This document shows positions 31,887 to 41,544 of a stretch of DNA of 64,000 nucleotides, piece by piece. Each line of letters starts with the position of its first letter. The first letter of the stretch is position 1. Position numbers and translations under genes: made by a program. The stretch comes from a virus. Taxonomy: Duplodnaviria > Caudoviricetes. The DNA lies in IMG/VR virus record IMGVR_UViG_3300008262_000001. The stretch is one strand, 5' to 3'. The notes below the pieces were generated by a model. The model saw only the letters and a list, made by a program, of their open reading frames with translations. It ran no database searches and had not been told where the DNA came from.

Positions 31887-33695
31887 TTAAGAATCAAGGA
31901 GACCATTCAAGAAAGTATAATTGGACATTTCCCCTCCTTTTGCAGAGGAAGCTTCAGTATTCTCTTTTAATTTTTCTTCTATAGACTTTTTAAATTTCTC
32001 GTTTAAACCATCATAAAGGTCAGTTACTGTGTCCTGAAAATCACCAGTTTCAAAGATACAGTTTATATCAACCAAAGTCATTGCAATATCATCCTTACCA
32101 ATTTGGCTAGTAAAACTTCCTCCCTGGTTCATTCCAAAATTAGCTAATTCGTGTACTGTGTTTTTTTCTGACGGAATTATTTTACTGTTTTTTACATGTA
32201 TTTTGAGATCGTAACAGTATTTTTCTTTGTTCTTAGATGTGAGCTTAACTCCTGGCTTTAATCTAGTAGATGCTTCTGAGTGCCTTGTATAAACGAACAT
32301 TTCTTCATAAAACTCTTCCGAATCTAAAAGCTTGTCCATTAGAATCTCTCCCTTATAATCAATCTCAATTACGATTCTAGTGTTGTCCACTCCTAGAATT
32401 TGTGTTACCAGTATCTCTAAAAACACCTTCAATTCATCTATCTGGATAAGATTTGATCTAAAAATTCCAACCTGTAATAGACAGAAAAAGTCACTTTCGT
32501 CCTCATAAAATTTCTTAGATTTTATGATGTTAGATGGCATTGGGGCAACTTTGAAAATGTTTACTACCGAATAGTCACCTCCACCTCCACCTGCAGTATC
32601 AATCGAAAGATAAAATTTCTGTCCTTCCTTTTCAAATATGGACGTTGGATCAAATTTGGGATGCCAAATAAGGTTAGAATAATCTACGTGACTATTTTCA
32701 AATGGGAATAGATCATGGTGTATAAAATCCTGCTCGTTGATTTTGAGTCTTTTGAGGCTTTGGGAATCAAGGAGAAGTCTAGATGACGATAAGAATTGAC
32801 ATCCATACTCTTGATTGAAATCTTCTTCTGATCCTAGTGCAGCTATTTCTCTTTTCTTCCATTCGTCATCTCTTCCAGGTATTTGCCACCATTCTACTCT
32901 TATCGGATTAAAATCGTTTTCCTTTTCAATTGCACCTTTATAAATTTCCCAAAATTTATTCATCCCATTCGGTGTGGATGTTATGATTACTCTTGAAATT
33001 TGTGAAGATGAAATAGTTGGGTATACGGATTTGAAGAATTGGTTTATGAAGTTTGGGTTGATGTGTGCAAACTCATCCATGTAGAGCATGTGAATGGTAT
33101 AACCGATGGAAGATGTTTTAGTGGTTGTTTTTGCCATTATTCTGCAACCATTATCAAACTTCATAGTCATTACGTTGTAAACCAATATACCAGGTTTCAA
33201 AAAGAAAGGTAATCCTTTAAGGATAACTTTAATCTTATCCATCAATTCTGCAGCTGTATCACCGATGTTTGCCATTATCATGGCATTTTTCTCAAAATTG
33301 AATAGCAAGTACCATAAGAGGAATATAGAGGATGTTATAGTCTTTCCTGATTGCCTAGGGGAAACGAATACATTTTTTCTGTGATGTTGATATTGATTCA
33401 GAATTTGGATCTGATAATCTCTTAATTCAATTTGCCTGATACCATCATCAGTCATCACTTTACAATAGTTGTTTGCAAAGTACACAACATTAGATGCACA
33501 TTTCTTTATTTCTTCTAATTCCCAGTCTGTGTATTCAAAAAGTACATTGCCCCTTCTTAGCTCTGGTTCGTTTTCATGAAAAGGGTTATCAACCTCTTTA
33601 TAGTCAATTCCATTTTCTTCAGCCTCAAAAAGTAGTTTTTCTATTTTAGCTGTTGACCAAAAATTACCGGATTTATCTTCCTTGTTTTCTGACAT
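31887..33695 (-). CDS. gp17: Terminase large subunit (T4 gp17-like)
   Basis: LRDYQ, Walker A PRQSGKT, Walker B LYMDEFAH, STPNG.N.F, FNQEY.CQF, nuclease SIDTAGGGGGDYS, KDDIAM. Confidence 0.95.
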   Translation of the reverse strand: MSENKEDKSGNFWSTAKIEKLLFEAEENGIDYKEVDNPFHENEPELRRGNVLFEYTDWELEEIKKCASNVVYFANNYCKVMTDDGIRQIELRDYQIQILNQYQHHRKNVFVSPRQSGKTITSSIFLLWYLLFNFEKNAMIMANIGDTAAELMDKIKVILKGLPFFLKPGILVYNVMTMKFDNGCRIMAKTTTKTSSIGYTIHMLYMDEFAHINPNFINQFFKSVYPTISSSQISRVIITSTPNGMNKFWEIYKGAIEKENDFNPIRVEWWQIPGRDDEWKKREIAALGSEEDFNQEYGCQFLSSSRLLLDSQSLKRLKINEQDFIHHDLFPFENSHVDYSNLIWHPKFDPTSIFEKEGQKFYLSIDTAGGGGGDYSVVNIFKVAPMPSNIIKSKKFYEDESDFFCLLQVGIFRSNLIQIDELKVFLEILVTQILGVDNTRIVIEIDYKGEILMDKLLDSEEFYEEMFVYTRHSEASTRLKPGVKLTSKNKEKYCYDLKIHVKNSKIIPSEKNTVHELANFGMNQGGSFTSQIGKDDIAMTLVDINCIFETGDFQDTVTDLYDGLNEKFKKSIEEKLKENTEASSAKGGEMSNYTFLNGLLDS

Positions 33696-33703
33696 AAAAA
33701 AAA

Positions 33704-34471
33704 TTAATCAAAGATTTCGTCCTCGATTTCAAAGTCCTCATCGTTATCAGAACCTCCTATGAAATCTGCAGTGCCACCATCTTTTGTTCTTGGATTTATT
33801 AATTCGTCTTCTGGCTCTATTATTTCCGCATCCTTTATTTTGCTTCCACCTTTCATCAAGGTTTGTAAGTTTTCCATCAAGGATTTAGTTCCTCTCACTT
33901 TCAAAGCATCCATATTTTCTGGAGAGTCTATTAAATTACCGTCCTTATCAAATTGGATTTCTGATTGTTTTTTGATGTCCTCAGATTCCTTTCTTAATTC
34001 TTTGTAGTTCTTCTCCATCTGGGACATGTAAGTAGCAAAATTTTTAGGCATCTGCATTATTTGATTTTGCAATTGGGCTAAAACTTCAAAAAGTCTTGGC
34101 TCTATTCTTCCTGAATCAATCTCTTCTATGAGTTTAGAAATAGCGTGTTGAGCAGTTCTGATCTGAAATGCCATAGTGGAAATACTTAAAGCGTCAATCT
34201 TCTGTTTGTGCTTTAAATAGTTGTCTTCTGGAAGACTTTCCATATCATGATAGAACTTAGAAAGGGAATCCAGAATAGCCCTAGCCTCCGATTCAACATC
34301 ATTTTTGATGTTATCAACATCGATAGTTCGTTGAGGTCTCATTGGAGGAATATCTGGAGCGGTTAATCCAGACAACATTTCATCAGCCAAAATGATTCCA
34401 TCAAGCTGTTCTTTAAGGTTAAGCTCTTGCTCTTTAGATAAATTAGGCTTTTTTGGTTTTCTTCTTGGCAT
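33704..34471 (-). CDS. Hypothetical helical protein; terminase small subunit candidate
   Basis: Immediately upstream of TerL; no diagnostic motif recognised. Confidence 0.35.
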   Translation of the reverse strand: MPRRKPKKPNLSKEQELNLKEQLDGIILADEMLSGLTAPDIPPMRPQRTIDVDNIKNDVESEARAILDSLSKFYHDMESLPEDNYLKHKQKIDALSISTMAFQIRTAQHAISKLIEEIDSGRIEPRLFEVLAQLQNQIMQMPKNFATYMSQMEKNYKELRKESEDIKKQSEIQFDKDGNLIDSPENMDALKVRGTKSLMENLQTLMKGGSKIKDAEIIEPEDELINPRTKDGGTADFIGGSDNDEDFEIEDEIFD

Positions 34472-34494
34472 TTACTTTTGAGTATTATATCTAA

Positions 34495-36687
34495 TTATCT
34501 ATTTCTAGCGACACGTGGAAGTTTCAGAATTGGTTTAGCATTATCAATTATGATGGCTAATTGTGCATCATCTATGATATTTTGGTTCAGGATAGCAGAT
34601 TGTTTTTCTTCCTCTACCATATATTTAAAGAACCTAAAATTGGTTACCCATAAAGGACAAGATCTAGTCTTATATGCGTAGTTATTTGTTCCGTAAAAAG
34701 GGCTATCAAAATCTGTCTCTATAACTGGTGGTATGTTAAACGTATATGCTTGAGTTGTAACGCCATCCAAAGAATGAATTAGGCTCAAATCAGATGTTTG
34801 TGCTAAAGGATTATCTGGGTTGTAAGTGAGTCTCCAAACCTTTAATGAATATTGTCTGAATACATTAGAAAAATTAAAAACGAATCCATACCAATCATCT
34901 TCAGTTGGAATGAATTGACCTATTGTGCTTTGAATTCCTGCTCCAAAAGGTGAAAGAATTTCTAAATTATTTATTTTCACTCTAAAACTACCAGTTTGCA
35001 AATAGTTGCCGGATTGTGGACTCGATTCAGCATTTGATCCACTCCAAATGAAATCTATGTATAACCCTTGACCATTATAGTAACCATCGAACAATATTCT
35101 AGATTGAGCTCTTTGTGCTTTCCATCCCGAGGTTGACACAGGTGCTGAAGCTCCTGAATCCTTCACTTTGAATCTGAATTGATCTATAATTTCCAAAATC
35201 TCAAAACCTCCTGATCTTATACCATCAGCCAGGATAGAAACGAATCCATTAGGATTGGGTCTAACATGAAATCCGTGAGGTATAGGATAAGTTGTATATG
35301 TTATCTCGCCAGATCCAATATTATCAATATTAATAGGGTATTTAGGAGATGGTCTGAAAACTAATTTACTCTTATCAATGTAGTTTCTTGATCTAAACCA
35401 GCAAAGAAAACTCCTCTCCTCATTAGCAGTTAAAATTGGATCTGCCTTCCATCTAACAGCATCTCTTTCTTCGTCAGTCCAACCAGATGCAGGAGAAACT
35501 GGATCTATTGTGTTAGGATCATCGATAAAAATAGAATTTAGATCATAATAAGTATTGAAAACTATTGTCCAGTTGTTATTTAAATCGTATTCTATAATTG
35601 GGAGGTTCTTATTAATATAAGATCTTATTGGATCGTCTAATCTCCTTTGTGAAGTTACTGCATATTGTTGTGGTTTAGTAATTTCAGTTTCTTGATCTTG
35701 GATATCAGTTCCAAAAAGTTCTTGTGTGTTTACAGTGTAATCATGTAAGCCAGATTCTGCTGTGGGATCCAAGAATGTTGTGTTTTTTTGGATTTCGTAC
35801 TTAACCAGTTGAACTTTGAAATATACCGGATAGTTATTTATATCTCTAAAAACGTACATAGAATCTATCCTATAAATTCTATTTGTTCGTGGGAAATAAA
35901 TTATATCTCTTTTCCTTGGCTGAGATCCTTTTCCGAATATTCCTTCGAAATATTTTCTATCTATATGGATTTCAAAAGGTTGTTGGAAGTTTAATCCCCA
36001 CGTTTCAAAATTGATAGCAGCATCAGGAAATTGGTTATTAGGAACCATAACCTTAACACACTTCTCATCAACAACATCATATAGCGTATACTCTTTGAGA
36101 ACAACATCTTTGCCTCTTCCCTGTGGTTGAACAGAATAATAAACCACTTCGTGACCGAAAACATTATTTACAACCTTACTTAAATCTTGATATAGATTGA
36201 TCGCTCGATTTATATCATATGGTCTAAAAGTGAAATCACAATCTGAAAAAACAATTGGATAATTAGTTAGCTCTTTTCCACAAAGCGGAGTAGGCGTTAC
36301 CATTAAATCTCTAGGATCTACAGTAGCATAAGTTAAGTCCAATTCAAAATCATTTAATATTATTGCAGGACTTAAAGTTGTTCCTGGAGGATAATAAGGA
36401 CTCGCATTTTCATCTGAAGAAGCTGTCATTCTAACTTCTAGATAAAAGGGAACAGCAGGAGATATTGGCAATGCTTGAACAGCAGCCTCGGTTAGTTCAC
36501 TCCAAAGAGACCAATTTGATCCATTTATACTCCATCTAAATTCTAAAAACAGAAAAATGCTTGGGGGATTTTCTCCGCTTGTATCAATGATCCACCCATT
36601 AAAAGATTGTACATTTTTAAAGGGATCTGACCAAGAAATTATTCTATAATTTCCAATAGCGGTAAATTCTATTACTACCTCTGGCAT
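34495..36687 (-). CDS. Neck protein (T4 gp14-like core) with N- and C-terminal extensions
   Basis: VFGHEVVYY, WGLNFQQPFEIHI...F, PRKRDIIYFPRTNRIYRI. Start moved to MPEVV (36687), after GATATATA at 36708-36715. Confidence 0.65.
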   Translation of the reverse strand: MPEVVIEFTAIGNYRIISWSDPFKNVQSFNGWIIDTSGENPPSIFLFLEFRWSINGSNWSLWSELTEAAVQALPISPAVPFYLEVRMTASSDENASPYYPPGTTLSPAIILNDFELDLTYATVDPRDLMVTPTPLCGKELTNYPIVFSDCDFTFRPYDINRAINLYQDLSKVVNNVFGHEVVYYSVQPQGRGKDVVLKEYTLYDVVDEKCVKVMVPNNQFPDAAINFETWGLNFQQPFEIHIDRKYFEGIFGKGSQPRKRDIIYFPRTNRIYRIDSMYVFRDINNYPVYFKVQLVKYEIQKNTTFLDPTAESGLHDYTVNTQELFGTDIQDQETEITKPQQYAVTSQRRLDDPIRSYINKNLPIIEYDLNNNWTIVFNTYYDLNSIFIDDPNTIDPVSPASGWTDEERDAVRWKADPILTANEERSFLCWFRSRNYIDKSKLVFRPSPKYPINIDNIGSGEITYTTYPIPHGFHVRPNPNGFVSILADGIRSGGFEILEIIDQFRFKVKDSGASAPVSTSGWKAQRAQSRILFDGYYNGQGLYIDFIWSGSNAESSPQSGNYLQTGSFRVKINNLEILSPFGAGIQSTIGQFIPTEDDWYGFVFNFSNVFRQYSLKVWRLTYNPDNPLAQTSDLSLIHSLDGVTTQAYTFNIPPVIETDFDSPFYGTNNYAYKTRSCPLWVTNFRFFKYMVEEEKQSAILNQNIIDDAQLAIIIDNAKPILKLPRVARNR

Positions 36688-36727
36688 TTTTGTCTTTTCA
36701 TTTGTAATATATATCGGTAAAAGAGTT

Positions 36728-37051
36728 ATGAGAAAATTAAGAGCTGCAATGGAGAAATTTAGTTTCTCACAATTAACTTCAAATTCGGACGGAAAAACCT
36801 CAGGAAGTGGCACCGCTGGTCTTTACATTGTATTTATAGGAGGATTTTGTTTTTTCTTAGGATGTATCGATAAAATGTTCATTAATCAAAATGTCGACAT
36901 TTTAGTACAATCAATAATTTTTGTGAGTATAGGAACTGCTTTACTTGGGTACAGGAAATCAAAAGACACACAAGTTATAGAATCTGATAATAAAACGGTC
37001 AGCACTGCGGAAGAAGCTGAAGTGAAAGAGGATCAGCAGTTAAATTCTTAA
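36728..37051 (+). CDS. Small two-TM protein, holin candidate
   Basis: Two TM segments and a charged C-terminal tail; AATATATA at 36706-36713 on the plus strand. Confidence 0.45.
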   Translation: MRKLRAAMEKFSFSQLTSNSDGKTSGSGTAGLYIVFIGGFCFFLGCIDKMFINQNVDILVQSIIFVSIGTALLGYRKSKDTQVIESDNKTVSTAEEAEVKEDQQLNS

Positions 37052-37866
37052 GGATTAGCACCGGTAGATCCTGTAATATCCCTTCTAATGTCGTAAACTC
37101 CAAGCCCTTCTATAATTGTGCTATTATCTTCAGGTGCCTTTCCTAATTCAACATTTAGTTTGATTCCACCTTGCATCAAATTACCTCTGAATCTCTCAGT
37201 AGTAAGGTCTAACTGTGGAAGATATGTTTCTAGATCCATCGAGAAAGAAAGTGTTATAGCTTCACCTCTTTGTGATCCGTATCCCATTTGGAAATTATTA
37301 GGTTGCTTATCTGGAGGAGAATCCTGTAATGAAACTTGAACTGGTATTCTAAACCCCTTGTAATTGAAGTAGTAAACGAATCTCTTGTACAATATTTCAA
37401 GAACACTTTGCTGTATTTTAAAAGCATCTAAAGTTGTATCTGCTTTGATTTTAGCATTAACTTGTATTGCTAAAGGAATAGGATTCATGTAGGATGAATA
37501 AGTCACCATTTCACTTCCTGATTCTTTTGGTACTTCTTTTACGTACGAGCCACGGACAAATTTTGTAGTCGATGCAGATGTATCTAATCTGATTGTACCA
37601 AGCTCTAATATTCCTCTTGGAACGACATCATAATTTCCCTCAGCAAAAGCAGGATTTCCATCGCAGTCTTCATAAGAAAGATAAAAATCTTGTAGAAATG
37701 GTTCGTCGCCTACCATAGAATAGAAAAATGGAATGAAGATAGTTCTTTTAACTTGATCTGATCCAGTTTGAGTATAGGTTATAACCTCATTCATCTTACT
37801 TAGAAGCCCTAAAATAACACCTCTAAAGAAAACATCGTCTGTGTTGTATTTTTCTAAAAAATCCAT
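37048..37866 (-). CDS. gp15: Tail terminator / sheath stabiliser (T4 gp15-like)
   Basis: FFRGVILG, IFIPFFYS, VPRG..EL..I..D, PIPL, DAFKIQQSVL. Confidence 0.75.
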   Translation of the reverse strand: MDFLEKYNTDDVFFRGVILGLLSKMNEVITYTQTGSDQVKRTIFIPFFYSMVGDEPFLQDFYLSYEDCDGNPAFAEGNYDVVPRGILELGTIRLDTSASTTKFVRGSYVKEVPKESGSEMVTYSSYMNPIPLAIQVNAKIKADTTLDAFKIQQSVLEILYKRFVYYFNYKGFRIPVQVSLQDSPPDKQPNNFQMGYGSQRGEAITLSFSMDLETYLPQLDLTTERFRGNLMQGGIKLNVELGKAPEDNSTIIEGLGVYDIRRDITGSTGANP

Positions 37867-37867
37867 A

Positions 37868-38281
37868 TTAGTTAATTACTGAGGTATTATTAGTTATTAT
37901 TGGAACACTGCCATATTGGTAAGGATCCTTTTCTAAATCAATAACCCCGATTTTTGATTGGAAGTAAATCGGAATTTCTCTTAAATTAATTTGTAATGGC
38001 TGCTTATTTTGATTGATATAATCGGGATGATCAAATACACCTGTTGCATATTCTACATCAGTCATTTGATTACATTGGATAAGTTGAACTGGGGAAAAAT
38101 ACTTTCTCAATGAATTTATTCCTTTTTTTGCAGCAATTGAAACCTTAAACCTATAAACGAAATATTCTTTTTGTGGAATATCATCAACTAAAGAATCGGG
38201 TTTTACCACAAGAAAGTAATAAAACCTTGGTTCTAAATTTCTAATTGTGTTAGTACCCGCAGGATAAATGATATTGGCCAT
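37868..38281 (-). CDS. Hypothetical late protein
   Basis: GATATATA at 38287-38294 directly upstream. Confidence 0.55.
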   Translation of the reverse strand: MANIIYPAGTNTIRNLEPRFYYFLVVKPDSLVDDIPQKEYFVYRFKVSIAAKKGINSLRKYFSPVQLIQCNQMTDVEYATGVFDHPDYINQNKQPLQINLREIPIYFQSKIGVIDLEKDPYQYGSVPIITNNTSVIN

Positions 38282-38304
38282 CGATCTATATATCGATGTA
38301 GACT

Positions 38305-39972
38305 TTAGCCTATCTTTTCAAAAACAAGATCTGAGAAATTGTTCTTTTTTGAAATCTCTATCTTGTAATCGAAAATTTCTGTAGGCATTGGTGCGTGATT
38401 AATTACGAAGATGTTCATGTGTAAATCGTCGCAAAGTTTTCTCAAAGTAGTTAGAATCGTATGTACCCCATCAGGATCGACAGAACTGAAAATCTCATCA
38501 AGAAATAGAATGTTAACAGAAGAAAATCTTATTTTCATTAACTTGATTATAGCAACTAAGACCGCAAAATCAACTTTTTTCATTTCTCCTGTAGAAAGAG
38601 TTTGACAAGATATCTCCTCACCTAAGTGGAATATTTGAGCATTGAACTCCTCATTGAAAACCACCTTGTATGGTAAATGTAAAGAGAGAAGAGTGGAAAG
38701 AATTTCATTGTTAAGTGATGGTAAAATAGACTTAATTGCCAGTTGCTTTACACCTTTTTCACTTAAGATTTCATCAAGGGTTTTAATCCAATTTTGTCTC
38801 TCTTCCCAAGTAGACTTTTCCTTATTGAAAGTGCCAAGCTCTTCTTGTGCAGTGTTCAACAACTTCTTAATAGAATTTACCTGATCATTATTTTTTGCAG
38901 TTTTAAGATCCCTTAATTTTTCTTTCAAAGATTTGATAGCTAATTCTATTTTCCCTCCCTTCTTAAAAAGATCATTTTTGGTATCTTGTAAATCCGATTG
39001 CAATTTCTTAGCATCATTGTAATTTTGCTTCAAAGCTTGCAAACCATCAGACAAATCCTGTCTTTGTGATGAAAGAAGGTCAAAATGAGATTTATGAAAA
39101 TCACTTGAAAGATCTGATAAGCAGGTTGGACACTTGTCGTTGTTGTACAAGTTCATTTTTGAATCTAATTCTTTGATTTTACTCATAGAATCAGTCAAAG
39201 TCTCGTATGCTTTGGAAACAGTTCTACTTATGTCATTTTCTTGTGTTTTGAAAGACTTAAGCTTTTCTGTGTGAATTTTAAGCAGATCTGTGTAATCATC
39301 AAGCTGTTCCTGAGTTTTGTCAATTTCACCTCCTGCATTTTCTACTAATCTTTTCTGAAGATCTTCAAGTTCTTTTTGAGAGTTGAAGATGGATTTTCCT
39401 GTTGCTTGGATTTCACCAGAAAGTCTATCAATAGATGACTTTATATTCTTTGTTTCTTCTTTCAAAATGTCACGCATTTCATTTAAAATATAGAAACCAA
39501 AAATCTTATCTATTATGAGCTTTTTATCTGCGCTGCTCATCTTTAAAAAGCTTTTGAAGTCGTTAATAGACAGGGATATTGTATTATTGAAAACGTAATA
39601 TGGTATTTTCAATATGTCATCAGAAAGAAAGTCCTGTACATTTTTCTGACCTGCCCTGTCATAAACTTCACCTTGAATCGATAATTGAAATAGTGATGGA
39701 TCAAGACCTCTTTCAACCTCGTAGAATTTACCATCCTCCTCGAATGATATTTTCATCCAGGCATTGCCGTTGGATCTATTAGGAATGTCTTTTAGTTTTT
39801 TTCCTTCGAGTTTTCCATACAGACCAAAAGTTATGACATCAGAAATTGTCGATTTTCCCACACCATTTTCTCCAAAAACTTGTATCAGACCAGTTTTTTC
39901 TGGAAATTCAAGTTTTTGAATTTTATTCCCGTAAGAAGCAACGTTTTTCCACTCAATCTTCTTGATCTTCAT
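38305..39972 (-). CDS. gp46: Recombination ATPase (T4 gp46, Rad50/SbcC-like)
   Basis: GENGVGKS, CPTC hook in the coiled coil, LSTGE signature, LFLDEIFS. Confidence 0.92.
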   Translation of the reverse strand: MKIKKIEWKNVASYGNKIQKLEFPEKTGLIQVFGENGVGKSTISDVITFGLYGKLEGKKLKDIPNRSNGNAWMKISFEEDGKFYEVERGLDPSLFQLSIQGEVYDRAGQKNVQDFLSDDILKIPYYVFNNTISLSINDFKSFLKMSSADKKLIIDKIFGFYILNEMRDILKEETKNIKSSIDRLSGEIQATGKSIFNSQKELEDLQKRLVENAGGEIDKTQEQLDDYTDLLKIHTEKLKSFKTQENDISRTVSKAYETLTDSMSKIKELDSKMNLYNNDKCPTCLSDLSSDFHKSHFDLLSSQRQDLSDGLQALKQNYNDAKKLQSDLQDTKNDLFKKGGKIELAIKSLKEKLRDLKTAKNNDQVNSIKKLLNTAQEELGTFNKEKSTWEERQNWIKTLDEILSEKGVKQLAIKSILPSLNNEILSTLLSLHLPYKVVFNEEFNAQIFHLGEEISCQTLSTGEMKKVDFAVLVAIIKLMKIRFSSVNILFLDEIFSSVDPDGVHTILTTLRKLCDDLHMNIFVINHAPMPTEIFDYKIEISKKNNFSDLVFEKIG

Positions 39973-41062
39973 CTATTTCATTTTTTACTGCAACTTTCTG
40001 TAGCAATTTTTCTATAGCGTTGTATATTTTACTACTTTTTTCGTCCTCGTAATTACATTTTTCCAGATATAGCTTTGTTAATTCCAAAATGGAAAAATTC
40101 TTTCCTTCCAAATCATGAAATCCTTCATCGACAATATTTTGGTCTGGAGATGTTATGGGAGTGAATGATATTTTCAAAGGCGAATCGATATAATCAGTTA
40201 ATAGTCCAAGAGGGGCTTTAACTGCAATCTCTGGATCTACTAAAATATCGATGAAATTGTTTCTGAAAATAGGACTTAACTCTGCAGGTGTAGAGTTTAA
40301 GACTTTCTCAAAAGTGAGCCTTACGAATCTTGGTGAATAATCGTTATCGTAGTATTCTTCCGAACCAGTTTCTAAATCTAAAACTGTAATTCCTTTAGGG
40401 TTGTCCGTATCGGATCTGGTCAATTGATACGGAGATCCAAGCATTCGCATTTTTCCAAAATTCTGAGAATAGTGGATGTGACCTGAATAAACTCTTTCAA
40501 ATTTATTCATGTCATCATAATTCAATCCCTCCTCAATTCTAACAAATTTGTTAAACATCAGGCCTTTTAGATCTGTGTGGCAAAACATGTAATCATGCTC
40601 ATCAACAGATGACAGAACTTCTCTTTCTGCTTCATGGTCCTTTCTCCAAGGCATTAGAAAAATCTTCTTTGGTCCGAACTGAATTGTTTCTGGCTCCTCG
40701 AAAATTTTTACTCTTGGTATCCATTTGAGAGATTTCAACGAATTAACTTCATTAGTACTGCGTCCAAATATATCATGATTACCACAAATGATGAATATTC
40801 CATCCTTGAAAATGTCAGATAGCTGTTCGAATATTTCTATTCCAAGATTTAGAACTTTCAAATTAAGAGATTGTCTGGAATCATATACATCACCAAGATG
40901 TACTAAACAATCGCCGGGTCTATAAATCTTCTTACATAAAGGAATAAACCAATTCTTGAAATAGTCTTCATGAATCTGAATCCAGTCATTAGAATTATTC
41001 CTAACTCCTAAATGAGTGTCAGTAATGAATATAACTCTTTTAATATTTGGAAAATTCAGCAT
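39953..41062 (-). CDS. gp47: Recombination nuclease (T4 gp47, Mre11/SbcD-like)
   Basis: DTHLG, HLGDVYD, GNHD, SGHIH, GSPYQLT. Confidence 0.92.
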   Translation of the reverse strand: MLNFPNIKRVIFITDTHLGVRNNSNDWIQIHEDYFKNWFIPLCKKIYRPGDCLVHLGDVYDSRQSLNLKVLNLGIEIFEQLSDIFKDGIFIICGNHDIFGRSTNEVNSLKSLKWIPRVKIFEEPETIQFGPKKIFLMPWRKDHEAEREVLSSVDEHDYMFCHTDLKGLMFNKFVRIEEGLNYDDMNKFERVYSGHIHYSQNFGKMRMLGSPYQLTRSDTDNPKGITVLDLETGSEEYYDNDYSPRFVRLTFEKVLNSTPAELSPIFRNNFIDILVDPEIAVKAPLGLLTDYIDSPLKISFTPITSPDQNIVDEGFHDLEGKNFSILELTKLYLEKCNYEDEKSSKIYNAIEKLLQKVAVKNEIDEDQED

Positions 41063-41544
41063 TAAAATATCTTTTTGATTCCCTTTTTACCTAATATACC
41101 ATACTTCGCATCCATTTCTTGTACAATTTGCTCCTTGTACTTCATATGGATAGATTCATATGCTTTCTGATAATTGATAGCAGTGTAATCACAAATGGCT
41201 ACAAATTTTTCTACCATTGAAAATTCAGTCCCTTCTAAATCTTGTAGTATATCTTGAAATATAAGCGGAATGAGATCCTTTGGTATCTTTTTACTTGGGT
41301 TGATTACTGTCCATCTTGATTTTTGAAATATCTCGTCGATTTTACCGTTTAATTTGTTGTTGTGCAAATATTCTTCATCATCATATGTAACAACAGACTG
41401 TAAGCTTCGGTAATCTGTACTCGGATCTGGATCAAATTCTCCTAAAGATGAATCTGATGTTTCTTCAGTCTCTTTACCTGTTCCATTTATGTCCTCGAAC
41501 TCATTTTCTTCATCTTGAATTAGTTTTTTTTGTTTTGTCATCAA
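41062..41544 (-). CDS. Hypothetical acidic protein
   Basis: Coupled ORF within the replication operon. Confidence 0.55.
   Translation of the reverse strand: MMTKQKKLIQDEENEFEDINGTGKETEETSDSSLGEFDPDPSTDYRSLQSVVTYDDEEYLHNNKLNGKIDEIFQKSRWTVINPSKKIPKDLIPLIFQDILQDLEGTEFSMVEKFVAICDYTAINYQKAYESIHMKYKEQIVQEMDAKYGILGKKGIKKIF

Noticed and set aside
31887-33695. Intron or intein in terminase (also checked helicase, UvsX, ligase)
   Set aside because: Lengths and motif spacing are normal and the frames are uninterrupted.
34484-34491. GATATAAT as a GAAAC-N17-TATAAT promoter
   Set aside because: No GAAAC at the right spacing; more likely a variant late motif.
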